A stretch of 64,000 nucleotides of DNA from Ignavibacteriota bacterium (lineage in GTDB: Bacteria > Bacteroidota > Ignavibacteria > UBA10030 > UBA6906), in assembly GCA_963801355.1 (NCBI GenBank), contig CAWDEM010000008.1, forward strand, positions 512,001 through 576,000, written 5' to 3'. Shown in pieces: positions 35,997 to 45,693 of this stretch (position 1 is its first letter; the number at the start of each line of letters is the position of its first letter). Position numbers and translations under genes: made by a program. The notes below the pieces were generated by a model. It searched no databases. It had not been told where the DNA came from and worked only from the letters and a program-made list of their open reading frames with translations.

Positions 35997-37135
35997 CGAT
36001 CAGGTCCTTCTCTCCCGACGACGACGATCCGCGCGCCGTCGCGCAGCGTGTTCTGCCCGACCGTCACAAACCGCTCTCCTTCCGACAATCCCGACGACAC
36101 CGCGATATTCTCGTTGCCGACATAGGAAACGCCCAGTTTGCGCTGCACAGCGCTGTCTCCCTGCACAACGTAGATGTAGTAGTTCTTCACAACCACGTCC
36201 TTGCCGTTGTGCTGCTCGAGGGAGGAGCTTTCGATTGTCGCATGCAGGGGGACAACGATGACATTGTTCACGGTGCCGACGCGGACCTCAACACGAGCGA
36301 ACATGCCGGGCTTCAGTGCGTGTCCAGGGTTGTCCAGCACAACTTCCACATGCGCCATTCTGGTCATGCGGTCGAGCACCGGGCTGATCTCCCCCACCGT
36401 TCCTTTGAATACGCGGTCGGGATAGCTCTTGACGCGGACTTCCGCGGGCTGTGTGCGCTTGAGCAATCCGACATCCGACTCCGCCACATCAAATGCGACT
36501 TTCACGCGATCCATCTGCACGAGAGAAACCAGAGGCCGGGCGGGCGACGCCATGTCACCGTCTTCGTAGTTGCGGGTGGCGACGATCCCCGATATCGGCG
36601 CGGTGATCAAAGCGTCGTTGAGCTGGCTTCTTGCCGACTTCAGCATCGCCTCCGCCTGCTCCCGTTGGGCGGCCACCGCCTCAAATTGCGTCTTGATGGC
36701 GTCCAACTGCTGCTGGCTGAGGGCATTTTCCTTGAACAGCCTCTGCGAGCGCTCGTACTCGAGACGCACATTCGCTTCCTGCGCCCGGGCGGCACCCAGC
36801 GCCGCGTCCGCCTGGCGCACAGCCTGTTCTATCGTGGTGGCGCGCACGCGGGCGATCAACGCGCCCTGCCGCACACGGTCTCCGACATCAACCAGAAACT
36901 TGTCGATCCGGTCAGGGACCCTGGAGTACACCTGAATTTCAAACTCCGCCTCGACATCGCCATCATAGCCAAGCGTCCGGTTGACGTTCTGGCGCTGCGC
37001 CACCAGGACCTCCACCGGTATCTTCTCGCCTGCCTCGCCGCCCTCCTTGGAATCTGAACATGCCGTCAGCATGAGAGCCAGTGACAGGACAATAGCACGC
37101 GGGAACAGCCTTTTCCACTTCGGTTTCATACGCAT
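35993..37135 (-). CDS. RND periplasmic adaptor (membrane fusion protein)
   Basis: Lipobox LTAC; VDVGDRVRQG, ITAPISGIV and LKPGMFARV motifs. Confidence 0.9.
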   Translation of the reverse strand: MRMKPKWKRLFPRAIVLSLALMLTACSDSKEGGEAGEKIPVEVLVAQRQNVNRTLGYDGDVEAEFEIQVYSRVPDRIDKFLVDVGDRVRQGALIARVRATTIEQAVRQADAALGAARAQEANVRLEYERSQRLFKENALSQQQLDAIKTQFEAVAAQREQAEAMLKSARSQLNDALITAPISGIVATRNYEDGDMASPARPLVSLVQMDRVKVAFDVAESDVGLLKRTQPAEVRVKSYPDRVFKGTVGEISPVLDRMTRMAHVEVVLDNPGHALKPGMFARVEVRVGTVNNVIVVPLHATIESSSLEQHNGKDVVVKNYYIYVVQGDSAVQRKLGVSYVGNENIAVSSGLSEGERFVTVGQNTLRDGARIVVVGREGPDR

Positions 37136-37171
37136 CCTGTGTTCAGTCTGTGGGTCGCCCGCCGGTCCTGC

Positions 37172-38566
37172 CTAGAGCGCCCCCTCGAGGTGCCCGACAG
37201 CCTTCCGGAGGCGGTACCGGGCCACCTGGTACTCGAAAATTGAATTGGCATAGTTGACTTGTGCACGGGTAAGAGCAAGCTGCGAATTCAGCACATCCAG
37301 CTGCGTGTTCACTCCCTCATTGTACATCACCGTCGCGAGGCGCAGGGCCTCTGTGCCAAGCTTCTCCGTCGCGAGGGCCGACCTGTGCTTCTCATCCGCC
37401 TCGTGGAACGAGTTGAGCGCCACTTCCACTTCGGTACTGATCGCGTTCACCAGACTCCGTTCATCCTCCAGAACACTCCGATAGTCCAGCTCGGCTTTTT
37501 CGGTTTCTTTCGCGGTCTTAAAGCCAGCAAAGATCGGAACCTGGAGCGTCAGCGAGGAAGTGATTCCTTTGCTGAAATCGGGCCGGGCAAAACGCAGGTC
37601 ATCCCTCATGCCGAGATACGACAGGTCTGTCTGGAAGATAAGCGTCGGCCAGTAGCCGCTCTGCGCCACAGTGACGCTGTTGTCGGCCATAGTTTTGCGT
37701 TCTACCATGATCTTTGCTTCTTTCCGCTCCTCGAGCGCCATTGTCTGAAGCTCTGTCAGGGAGCGGGTCGCGAACTCTTCGGGGGCATACGTGAACTCCC
37801 CCGCGACATCGATGCTCTCGCTGCGGTCGAGTCCGAGAACTGTGCGCAAGGTTGAGAGCGACGACCGGTAGGCATTGCGTGCAGTAATCAGGTCGGGTTC
37901 AATCGTCGCGGCTTCCACCTGTGCCCGCATTTTGTCAAACGGTGACGCCATGCCGACGTCAAATTTCTTGGTGACCGTCTCAAGGTTCGCCGTGGCCTGC
38001 GCGAGAGCATTCTCCTGGACACGCACAAGCTCCTGCGCGAGCAGCACCGAATAGAACGCCGAGGCCGCGTTGAGTATGAGTGTCTGGCGTCTAAGTTCGA
38101 GCGCATGTTCCGCTGCGCGTTCTGCTGCATTTGCCATCCTGATCCCGGCCATGCCGGCGCCTCCGAGGAACAGCGGCTGCGTGATCGTTGCCCCGTAGCG
38201 CAGCATGTTCTGGAGCCCGAACGCAATGTCGACGAAGTCCGGCATCTGGTCCACACCCGGGATCATCGTGCCCAGCGGGCCGAGCATTGGTTTCAGAAAG
38301 TTTGGGATTCTGCTGGTCTGGATTTCCCAGGAATGCTGGAGGTTCGCGTATCCGTCAAGCCGGGGAAGCACGGTCGACCACGCCTGCCAGACGCCCGCGC
38401 CGGCCTTGTCGTAGTCGTTGCGTGCCACCTGAAGTTCAGGGCTGTGTTCGATGGCTGTGGCGATGCTTTGTTCCAGCGTCAGGGTCAGCTTCACCTGTCC
38501 TGCGCAGGGTGGGGCAACGATGAAGCCGAAGACTGCGAACACGCCTCCCATCCACAAGAGCTGCAT
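37172..38566 (-). CDS. TolC-family outer membrane efflux protein
   Basis: LTLEQSIATAIEHSPEL, LTLQVPIFAGF and YNEGVNTQLDVLNSQ; GGAGGA RBS before ATG 38566. Confidence 0.9.
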   Translation of the reverse strand: MQLLWMGGVFAVFGFIVAPPCAGQVKLTLTLEQSIATAIEHSPELQVARNDYDKAGAGVWQAWSTVLPRLDGYANLQHSWEIQTSRIPNFLKPMLGPLGTMIPGVDQMPDFVDIAFGLQNMLRYGATITQPLFLGGAGMAGIRMANAAERAAEHALELRRQTLILNAASAFYSVLLAQELVRVQENALAQATANLETVTKKFDVGMASPFDKMRAQVEAATIEPDLITARNAYRSSLSTLRTVLGLDRSESIDVAGEFTYAPEEFATRSLTELQTMALEERKEAKIMVERKTMADNSVTVAQSGYWPTLIFQTDLSYLGMRDDLRFARPDFSKGITSSLTLQVPIFAGFKTAKETEKAELDYRSVLEDERSLVNAISTEVEVALNSFHEADEKHRSALATEKLGTEALRLATVMYNEGVNTQLDVLNSQLALTRAQVNYANSIFEYQVARYRLRKAVGHLEGAL

Positions 38567-38660
38567 ATGCTCCTCCGCCAGCGGGGAAAAAGCGAAAAGG
38601 AATGGATCACCGATCTCAACGCACACTACCTGACTTTTACGAGGAACACCGGGGCCTGTT

Positions 38661-39827
38661 TCATGCAGCGGGCGGTGCGGAATTCCTGTGTATGATCTTT
38701 GCGCCGTCGAATCCGTTGAACTTTGTCGCCGAGGCGATGCTGTACGCGCCGATGTTTTCCGTGTACAGGTAATCTCCTATCTCGAGGGTCCACGGGAGTT
38801 CCACGGAGAGGGATATTTTGTCGAAGCTGTCGCAGGTCGGCCCCACAACGGCGCAGATTTCAGACTCGCCCTCCTTGAAGGCGTGGAAATTCGGGATCCA
38901 GTGATCATAGACCACGCCGGAAAATGTGTGGTACACCCCGTCATTAATGTGGTAGTATACCTTGCCGTTCCTTCGTGCTTTGCCGATAATTTCCGAGACG
39001 AGCATTCCTGCAGTCGCGGCAATGAAGCGGCCCGGTTCGGCCACGATCTCGATGTCATTCGGGAACAGCCTCGCGAACTCGGAATTGAGAAGGGTGGCCA
39101 GTTTCTCAAATTGAGGGACCTGCGGATCGTAGGGAACGGGGAACCCTCCGCCGATGTCGATGAGATTGAGCGGGAATCCCTTGTTACGTGCGTCGCGCAA
39201 TACGGTCGAGGCAATAGCGAGCGCCACGGTGAAGTTGTCGAAATTGGTACACTGACTGCCGACGTGAAAACTGATCCCCTCGACCTTCAGGCCCATGTCA
39301 AACGCCTGCTGGATAAGCTGCTGTGCATCACCCGGCTCGGCTCCGAACTTGGAGCTCATCTCGACCTGTGAGCCCGTGTCAGGGACCTTCAATCGCAGGA
39401 CCAGACCGGCGGTGTCGCAATGATGCTTGATCTTTATGAGCTCGCCGCTGTTATCATACGTCATCAGCGGTTTGTATTGCTTGATCCTGCTCAGTGTGTC
39501 GCGGTCTTTGATCGTGTTGGAAAAAATGATCTTGTCCCAGACGAAATACTTCTTTTCCTTTCGTTCGAAGTGCTTGATGTACTGATACACCTGCATGAAT
39601 TCGTTAAAGGAGGCCACATCGAAGCTCGAACCTTCCTCGAACAGCGTTTCGATGATCTTCTGGTTGGAATTGGCCTTGACCGCATAGTAGCACTGCACCC
39701 GGGGGAGGTGCTTCTTGAATGTCCGGTAGCTCTCCCGGATTCTGTCATGGTCGATAATGAACAGGGGGGAGCCATGCTCCCCCACCAGGGCCAGAAGGTC
39801 TTCTTTCAAGGGCACAGTACGTTCCAA
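38661..39827 (-). CDS. alanine-racemase-fold (type III PLP) ornithine or lysine/ornithine decarboxylase
   Basis: YYAVKAN (PLP lysine), SKFG, SFHVGSQ, DIGGGF, EPGRF, NDGVY..F....YDH, GPTCDS and GAYS. TTG start. Confidence 0.88.
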   Translation of the reverse strand: MERTVPLKEDLLALVGEHGSPLFIIDHDRIRESYRTFKKHLPRVQCYYAVKANSNQKIIETLFEEGSSFDVASFNEFMQVYQYIKHFERKEKKYFVWDKIIFSNTIKDRDTLSRIKQYKPLMTYDNSGELIKIKHHCDTAGLVLRLKVPDTGSQVEMSSKFGAEPGDAQQLIQQAFDMGLKVEGISFHVGSQCTNFDNFTVALAIASTVLRDARNKGFPLNLIDIGGGFPVPYDPQVPQFEKLATLLNSEFARLFPNDIEIVAEPGRFIAATAGMLVSEIIGKARRNGKVYYHINDGVYHTFSGVVYDHWIPNFHAFKEGESEICAVVGPTCDSFDKISLSVELPWTLEIGDYLYTENIGAYSIASATKFNGFDGAKIIHRNSAPPAA

Positions 39828-39912
39828 TCAGCCGACGAACGTGACAGGATGTCCAGTCGGCGAAGATCGCGCGCCGCACGGGGCGCGCGAGCCACTGGAG
39901 TGAACGAGCTCG

Positions 39913-41082
39913 TTACGCAGGGAGCTTCTTCATCAGGGACTTCAACTCATCAACTTCCTTGTTGTTCTCGAGATACGATTCGATCAACCTCTTTCGCAAT
40001 TCGTCACCGCGGTCATAGAGGCGCTTCAGCGTCTTCGGTTTTGTCGTCTGACAGACGTAAGCGACGAGCAGCGGGAATGCGACCGTCACGTCGACGTAGG
40101 CTGTCACGGTTTGTTCAAGCTGTGTGGGATCAATCTTTCCCCAGCTGACCGCTTCGCTGGGAGGCGCGCCGGAAAGTCCGCCGGTGTCCGGACGGGCATC
40201 GGTGATATTGATGTCATAATCCTGGCCGGCCTCCGGGATCATGAGCACTTCCTGAATTTGGGGCTCCGTTTGCAGCAGGAAATTCTTCGGACTCCCGCCG
40301 CCGATCAGGAGCACGCCGGTTTTGCCTTTCTCGTATCTCTTGGCGTTCAGGATGATGGCGGTGGAATCGTTGACATCGATGCTGGGATTGATTTCCAGTT
40401 TGAAATAGTTCTTGAGGCCCGCCGCCTCGGCCAGCAGTTCCAGCCCCGCCACGTTCATGCCGATTGTCGAATCACCCGGTGAGGATGTGAACACGGGGAT
40501 CCCGTTGCGGTATGCAGCCGCGAGTACACTGACCTGGCCGAGATTGTTCCGCTGTTCGTACTCGTTCAGGACCTTCCCCAGAAGGTGGTAGTATTCCCGG
40601 GTGCCCATCTGTTTCTGGAACTCCGGCCGGAGCATAATCTTGCGCAGGATGCGGTCAGTGGCCATCAACACATCTTCATAGTCGAAAAGGATATCGTAGA
40701 TCCGGGTGACGCCCTTCTCGCGTAAATCGGCGTCGTCGACCGTGTGGCTGCCGCGGTAGAGCGGCATGTTGAGGGCAAAGTGCATGTCATGATACATGTT
40801 GGCCCCGGTTGCCACCATCCAGTCCACGAAGCCGTGATTCATGAGGGGAATGATGGTTGATGGCCCGAGACCGGCAGGGGTCAGTGCACCGGCAATGCTC
40901 ATGCCGATGGTGACGTCCTGCTGGGAGTATTTGTCGCGCATCAGCTGACACGCGGCCCTGAGTCGTCCGCCGTTATAGGCATCCATGTTGTCGATAACGC
41001 TTGCAATGGTGCTTTCGGCTGAAATCGGCTGTGGGAGAACCCTTTTTCCCGACAGATATTGCTGCTTTGACGAGTGGTGCAT
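39913..41082 (-). CDS. speY: deoxyhypusine synthase-like protein, probable homospermidine synthase
   Basis: AGALTPAGLG, ATGANMYHD, SSPGDSTIG, GGGSPKNF and TGGLSGAPPSEAVSWGK with the catalytic lysine retained; adjacent to agmatinase. Confidence 0.8.
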   Translation of the reverse strand: MHHSSKQQYLSGKRVLPQPISAESTIASVIDNMDAYNGGRLRAACQLMRDKYSQQDVTIGMSIAGALTPAGLGPSTIIPLMNHGFVDWMVATGANMYHDMHFALNMPLYRGSHTVDDADLREKGVTRIYDILFDYEDVLMATDRILRKIMLRPEFQKQMGTREYYHLLGKVLNEYEQRNNLGQVSVLAAAYRNGIPVFTSSPGDSTIGMNVAGLELLAEAAGLKNYFKLEINPSIDVNDSTAIILNAKRYEKGKTGVLLIGGGSPKNFLLQTEPQIQEVLMIPEAGQDYDINITDARPDTGGLSGAPPSEAVSWGKIDPTQLEQTVTAYVDVTVAFPLLVAYVCQTTKPKTLKRLYDRGDELRKRLIESYLENNKEVDELKSLMKKLPA

Positions 41083-41093
41083 GGCCTTTCCTA

Positions 41094-42005
41094 TCAGCGT
41101 GTGCGCTTCATGAAAGCATAGTTCATCAACTTGTAAGTGAGTTTTGCCGCCGTGTAGTCGGGGTGCGGAAACCCCTTCATCGGGGCATACTCAACGACAT
41201 CGCATCCGACGATCTCCCGCTGGTCTCCAATCATGCAAAGAAGTTGCATTGTTTCAGACCAGAAAAGGCCGTTCGGCTCGGGCGTACCCGTACTCGGCAT
41301 GATTGAGGGATCGAGGCCGTCCACATCGAACGTCACGTACACATGCTGCGACAGCTTCGGGAGCACCCCGGACATCCAGTTGCTGTCCGCCCGGATCTGG
41401 TGGGCAAACAGGGTCGTCACACCCTTGTCACGTATAAACGTCGCTTCCTCCGGGGAGAGTGCCCGGATGCCGACCTGCACGATATGTGCCGGATCCAGGA
41501 ATTCGCAGACGCGGGCCATGACACAGGCATGACTGAATCTGGTCCCCTCATACGTCATCCGCAGATCGGCATGTGCATCGAAGTGGACCACAGAAAGATC
41601 GGGATAGACCTCGGCGTATGCCCTGATGGGCGATTGCGACACAGTGTGCTCCCCACCCAGGAGCATGACAAACTTCTTTCGCGCAAGAAGTTCCTTCACA
41701 GCGTCGTATATCGCCTGGACTGCCTTCGCGTCGACCTTTTTGCCGAGCACAAGGGGAGGCAGCGTTGTTATACCGGCGTCTCTACACAATTCCGTGCCGA
41801 GTTCCTCGTCGTAGTACTCCACATAGCGTGAGGCGTTGAGGATTGCCCTCGGCCCGTTCCGCGTCCCCCGGCCGTAGCTGACGGTGTGCTCATACGGCAC
41901 GGGAAGAACAACGATTTTGGCGCTGTCAAAGGTCGACATGTGGCGGTCAAGACCGAGGAAGTTGCCCTTTGCCGGCAAGGATCTGAACTTGTTGGCAGTA
42001 TGCAT
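41094..42005 (-). CDS. speB: agmatinase
   Basis: Ureohydrolase motifs GGEHTVS, FDAHADLR, SHAC and TFDVDGLDPSIMPSTGTPEPNG. Confidence 0.92.
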   Translation of the reverse strand: MHTANKFRSLPAKGNFLGLDRHMSTFDSAKIVVLPVPYEHTVSYGRGTRNGPRAILNASRYVEYYDEELGTELCRDAGITTLPPLVLGKKVDAKAVQAIYDAVKELLARKKFVMLLGGEHTVSQSPIRAYAEVYPDLSVVHFDAHADLRMTYEGTRFSHACVMARVCEFLDPAHIVQVGIRALSPEEATFIRDKGVTTLFAHQIRADSNWMSGVLPKLSQHVYVTFDVDGLDPSIMPSTGTPEPNGLFWSETMQLLCMIGDQREIVGCDVVEYAPMKGFPHPDYTAAKLTYKLMNYAFMKRTR

Positions 42006-42078
42006 GAGAGTCGAGCAGAGGTGGTGGAAATGCAGTAATGTAGTGTGAAGGTAGGACAGAAACAGCTGAGATGCAAGA

Positions 42079-44169
42079 CTAGTAAATCTGTCCGAAATTG
42101 AGGTACACACCTGTGGTTTCGGAACCAAACCCGACGTCACAGCGCACCACGAAGGTGTCCATCGAGAAGCGGATGCCGGCCGTGGGATTCCACTTCCAGT
42201 TGGGCCAGCCTACCAGCGAAAGTGATTCCCAAACGTTCCCGGCGTCCAGAGCGGCCACGCCGCCAAACCTCCCGAAAATAGGGAACCGCAACTCGGCGTT
42301 GGCGACAAACACTGCTTTGCCCAGGAACCTGTCTTGCACAAATCCGCGCAGCGTGTTGTTGCCTCCGAGGGGAAGCGCCATCTGGACTGGAAGGTCACCA
42401 TCGATCGCCGAGAGCTTGGTGCGCAGTGCGAGAACGGTTGTCGGGAGAAAGAGCGTGGTGTAGTGCTGGACGAGCGCATGAAAGCGCGTGAAGAGGACAC
42501 TTCCTGCAGATGAGACAGGTGCGCGGGACACTTCTGTTTCGACGAGCCATCCGGCGGAGGGTTGGACGACGCTGTTCCGCGTGTCGTAACGGCCTGCGAC
42601 GACAAGTGCGTAGGACCGGGCGATTCCCTGCGAAAGAGGAGGAAACGCCGCCGCAAGAAGACCCGCAGGCTGGATGTCGCTGTTGCGGACGTATTGAAAG
42701 CGAACGCCACCTTGGAGGACAAATGACTCGGTGAATCCCCTGCTGAGCAGGATGGAGAGTTCGAAAGGCTCCCGGGCGTAGTACTCACGGTTTCCGAATT
42801 GCGAGTCATTTCCGAACCCGAAGAAACTGTTCTTGATGTACTTGTCATAGTCCGCGATGACATCCAGGGCGACCGGATACACCGTTCGTTGACGGGTCTC
42901 AATGTCCGGGAACGAGGCGACAAATCTGTACCATCGTTCCCCCAGTGTACTATTGAACGCCGTGATGTCGAGCGATTCATTCAAGCCGAGCTGGTTCAGC
43001 AGGAAGCCCTTTGCCCCGTACCCGAAACCCACATCCGTGTCGTACGAAACGATCGGGAATGCTTCGATCGCCGGTTCCGCTATTGGCGTCGTCACATCCG
43101 CACGTCCCGCGGGCATGCCGGGATCCCGGGGGATTGTCACGGCAACGCCATAGTGGTCCGATGCATACACGCCGTCCACCGGCTCTGAAAATACCAAGCG
43201 TTCGGATGCTCTGTCCGCTAAGGACACCGCAGGGCTGAGGTATATATAGTCGAGGCGCTGGGGGGTCGAGTCGCTGACGGCGCCGTAGAGATCATATCCG
43301 GTCCGCGGTGTACCCCGTGCATCGACGTGCGCGGTCGTGAAGGCGATATTGGAGTTCCTGTGTGCATCCCACGTAACAGCGCGATCGGAGAAATTGAACG
43401 GAGTCAGGAGATTGAGAGAATGGATGCACTCTCGAAAGCTTGAGTCTCCCGGCTGACAGTTGAAGTCCCCTCCCAGCACAAAGGGAGACCCGCCGGACAA
43501 CTGATGGACAAAGTCCGCAAGAGACTCAAATTGCTCGTTCTTCAGTTCCACCCGTTCGTGCAGTCGAGCCGCTGCGTCGGGGTCACCCTCGAACAGAGCG
43601 TACGTCTGACTCGGCGGCATGGCCAGGAGATGGACGTTGATCGCACGTATTCGTTTGTCACCCCAGATAAAGGATCCTTCGAGCGCGACCGCGGCATCGT
43701 TGAAGTGGAACGAGAGTGCGGAACCGTGGAGGCCGAACTTGCCGCCGATCTTGGCGGCGCGCTCGAAGCGCAATGACAGTGCCGGAGCGGCCAGGATGGC
43801 GATCCCCTCTTCGAAATTCGATGGCACTCCAAGGCCGGCGATCTTCACACCGGCATGACAGACTTGATGAATCTCTTCAAATTGAAGGGAGTCCGCCAGA
43901 CGTCCTGCATAGTGCGCCACAGGGTTTGCTTCCTGGATCATCACAAGATGCGGCTGGAGTGACCTGAGTTGCGAGAGCAGAATCTGAAACCTCCGTTCAC
44001 GGGTGGTGGGCGGCTCGTACTCTCCCATTGTGGATATACCGACATAGTCCAGGCCGGACCAGACGTTGATGGTGACCAGCCTGAGGGAGTCCAGAGGCTC
44101 CGCACCGCGGAGAGGAGCGGTCAGAGTACTCAGGGAGAGGAGGAGCAATCCTGCGCAGATTCTATCCAT
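42079..44169 (-). CDS. endonuclease/exonuclease/phosphatase (EEP) domain fused to an Omp85 (BamA/TamA-like) barrel
   Basis: EEP motifs TINVW, IQEA, NVHL, GGDFN, RLDYIY and SDHYGV. Barrel from FPIVSYDTDVGFGYG, with GRYDTRNS, LGGNNTLRGF and C-terminal YLNFGQIY. Confidence 0.82.
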   Translation of the reverse strand: MDRICAGLLLLSLSTLTAPLRGAEPLDSLRLVTINVWSGLDYVGISTMGEYEPPTTRERRFQILLSQLRSLQPHLVMIQEANPVAHYAGRLADSLQFEEIHQVCHAGVKIAGLGVPSNFEEGIAILAAPALSLRFERAAKIGGKFGLHGSALSFHFNDAAVALEGSFIWGDKRIRAINVHLLAMPPSQTYALFEGDPDAAARLHERVELKNEQFESLADFVHQLSGGSPFVLGGDFNCQPGDSSFRECIHSLNLLTPFNFSDRAVTWDAHRNSNIAFTTAHVDARGTPRTGYDLYGAVSDSTPQRLDYIYLSPAVSLADRASERLVFSEPVDGVYASDHYGVAVTIPRDPGMPAGRADVTTPIAEPAIEAFPIVSYDTDVGFGYGAKGFLLNQLGLNESLDITAFNSTLGERWYRFVASFPDIETRQRTVYPVALDVIADYDKYIKNSFFGFGNDSQFGNREYYAREPFELSILLSRGFTESFVLQGGVRFQYVRNSDIQPAGLLAAAFPPLSQGIARSYALVVAGRYDTRNSVVQPSAGWLVETEVSRAPVSSAGSVLFTRFHALVQHYTTLFLPTTVLALRTKLSAIDGDLPVQMALPLGGNNTLRGFVQDRFLGKAVFVANAELRFPIFGRFGGVAALDAGNVWESLSLVGWPNWKWNPTAGIRFSMDTFVVRCDVGFGSETTGVYLNFGQIY

Positions 44170-44235
44170 GGCGTAGTAGAGAAGAGTGAAGGCAATTCAG
44201 TATTCGTGCATGCGAGACTATCCCCCACAACAGAG

Positions 44236-45414
44236 CTATGCTGGCAGTCGTTGCCTGACACTCTCTTTCGTGAAGGGGCCCTTCTCTGCAATAAGTGCGC
44301 GGGCAGCGTCGACCTGACCCCACGTGTTCCAGAGCAGGACGCCGCGTACACGGCCGCCGTCCATGTAGTAGACCACCCCTTCGTGGAATTCCTCTTTCCA
44401 TTCCTGTACGATCTCAAAGCGTGAATCCAACTCACCCACTGCCTCATATCCCAGATCGAAAAGGTCGGAATAGAAGAATGGCTGATGGTCGTACGCAAAA
44501 CTTCCCCCCGCCATATTCCTTCCTGCGGCATCTCCCATGGTCAGTGCGTTGTCTTCGTGTTCGACGCGCACTCGCTTGCCCAATGCCGGGTTGTAGAAAT
44601 TCGCAATATCGCCGGCCGCGAAGATGTCCGGGTTTGCCGTGCGCAGAAACCGATCAACGAGGACGCCGTTGCCAACCTCCAGCCCGGCGGCCGCGGCAAG
44701 CTCCTGGTTGGGTTCGGCGCCAATACCCGCAACGACACCGTCGACGGTCAGTTCCTTGTCGTCCGTGGTCTTCACGACATAGTACGTATCGCGCTTTTCG
44801 ATTCCTGCAATGCCGGTTTTCGCACGCACATCGATTCCTTGTGATTGGAAGTACGTATTGAGGAACCGGGAGAGGGACGGTGGATATATGCGCGCACCGA
44901 TGCTCTCATCGGGGAAAATCATTGTCACAGATTTCTTATTCATGGCAAGGGCGGCCGCTATTTCGGAACCGTTGAACCCGCCGCCGATCACGACAAATCG
45001 CTTCCCGTTTTCTGTGAGCAGTTTCAGTCTCTGATAATCATCGAGCGTTCTGAAATTGATGACTCCTTCGGCCTTCCAGGGCAGACTGCGTACACGTACG
45101 CCTGTCGCCAGGAGGAGTCTGTCATATGCGTACACTTCACCTCTGTCGTCCACGACGCGCTTGTGAACGGGGTCGATGCTTTTCGCCGTCGTCGACAAAT
45201 GCAGCCCGACGTTTTCCATGGATGTTCCGCGCCAGAGCTTGGCGAGCGGCTCCCCCTTCCACAGTGCCTTCGACAGTGGCGGGCGGTTATACGGCGGGTT
45301 GGATTCATTGCTGATGATCCCGATGCGGTTCGACGGGTCGATCTGGCGTATACCCTGCACGGCCGCGTCGGCAGTCATTCCGCCGCCAATGATGAGGTAT
45401 CGATATTCGATCAT
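44236..45414 (-). CDS. NAD(P)/FAD-dependent oxidoreductase (ferredoxin reductase/AIF-like)
   Basis: Motifs IIGGGMTA, PYNRPPLSK, LLLATG, VIGGGFNGSE, AAGDIA, RVEHEDNA and FYSDLF. Confidence 0.9.
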   Translation of the reverse strand: MIEYRYLIIGGGMTADAAVQGIRQIDPSNRIGIISNESNPPYNRPPLSKALWKGEPLAKLWRGTSMENVGLHLSTTAKSIDPVHKRVVDDRGEVYAYDRLLLATGVRVRSLPWKAEGVINFRTLDDYQRLKLLTENGKRFVVIGGGFNGSEIAAALAMNKKSVTMIFPDESIGARIYPPSLSRFLNTYFQSQGIDVRAKTGIAGIEKRDTYYVVKTTDDKELTVDGVVAGIGAEPNQELAAAAGLEVGNGVLVDRFLRTANPDIFAAGDIANFYNPALGKRVRVEHEDNALTMGDAAGRNMAGGSFAYDHQPFFYSDLFDLGYEAVGELDSRFEIVQEWKEEFHEGVVYYMDGGRVRGVLLWNTWGQVDAARALIAEKGPFTKESVRQRLPA

Positions 45415-45533
45415 GAAGTCATCCTATCAGAGGTTCTGTGCGGTCACCGTACCGGCATAATGCCATTCCAAAGTGCCTCTCCCCGGATGGCTGCAAGTTA
45501 GCACAAATTACGGGACAATCAAACGATCGGCCG

Positions 45534-45603
45534 CAGAAGTGGCATCCGGAAGGGGCATTGCAGAAGGGCATTTGCGGAAGGGCACATTTGCGGAAGGGCA
45601 TTG
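45534..45603. repeat. five imperfect 13-16 bp tandem repeats (CRGAAGGGCATTTG)
   Basis: Units CAGAAGTGGCATC, CGGAAGGGGCATTG, CAGAAGGGCATTTG, CGGAAGGGCACATTTG and CGGAAGGGCATTG. Confidence 0.8.
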
Positions 45604-45693
45604 TCCAGTAGCGTGTTTTTGTCGCACAGACAAGTTATATTCCACACACACGCGCATTCAACCACTATTCACACCACTCATAGGAGTCCCATC

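Noticed and set aside
39913-41082. True deoxyhypusine synthase acting on a translation factor
   Set aside because: Bacteria use EF-P rather than eIF5A, and the agmatinase/ODC context points to polyamine synthesis.
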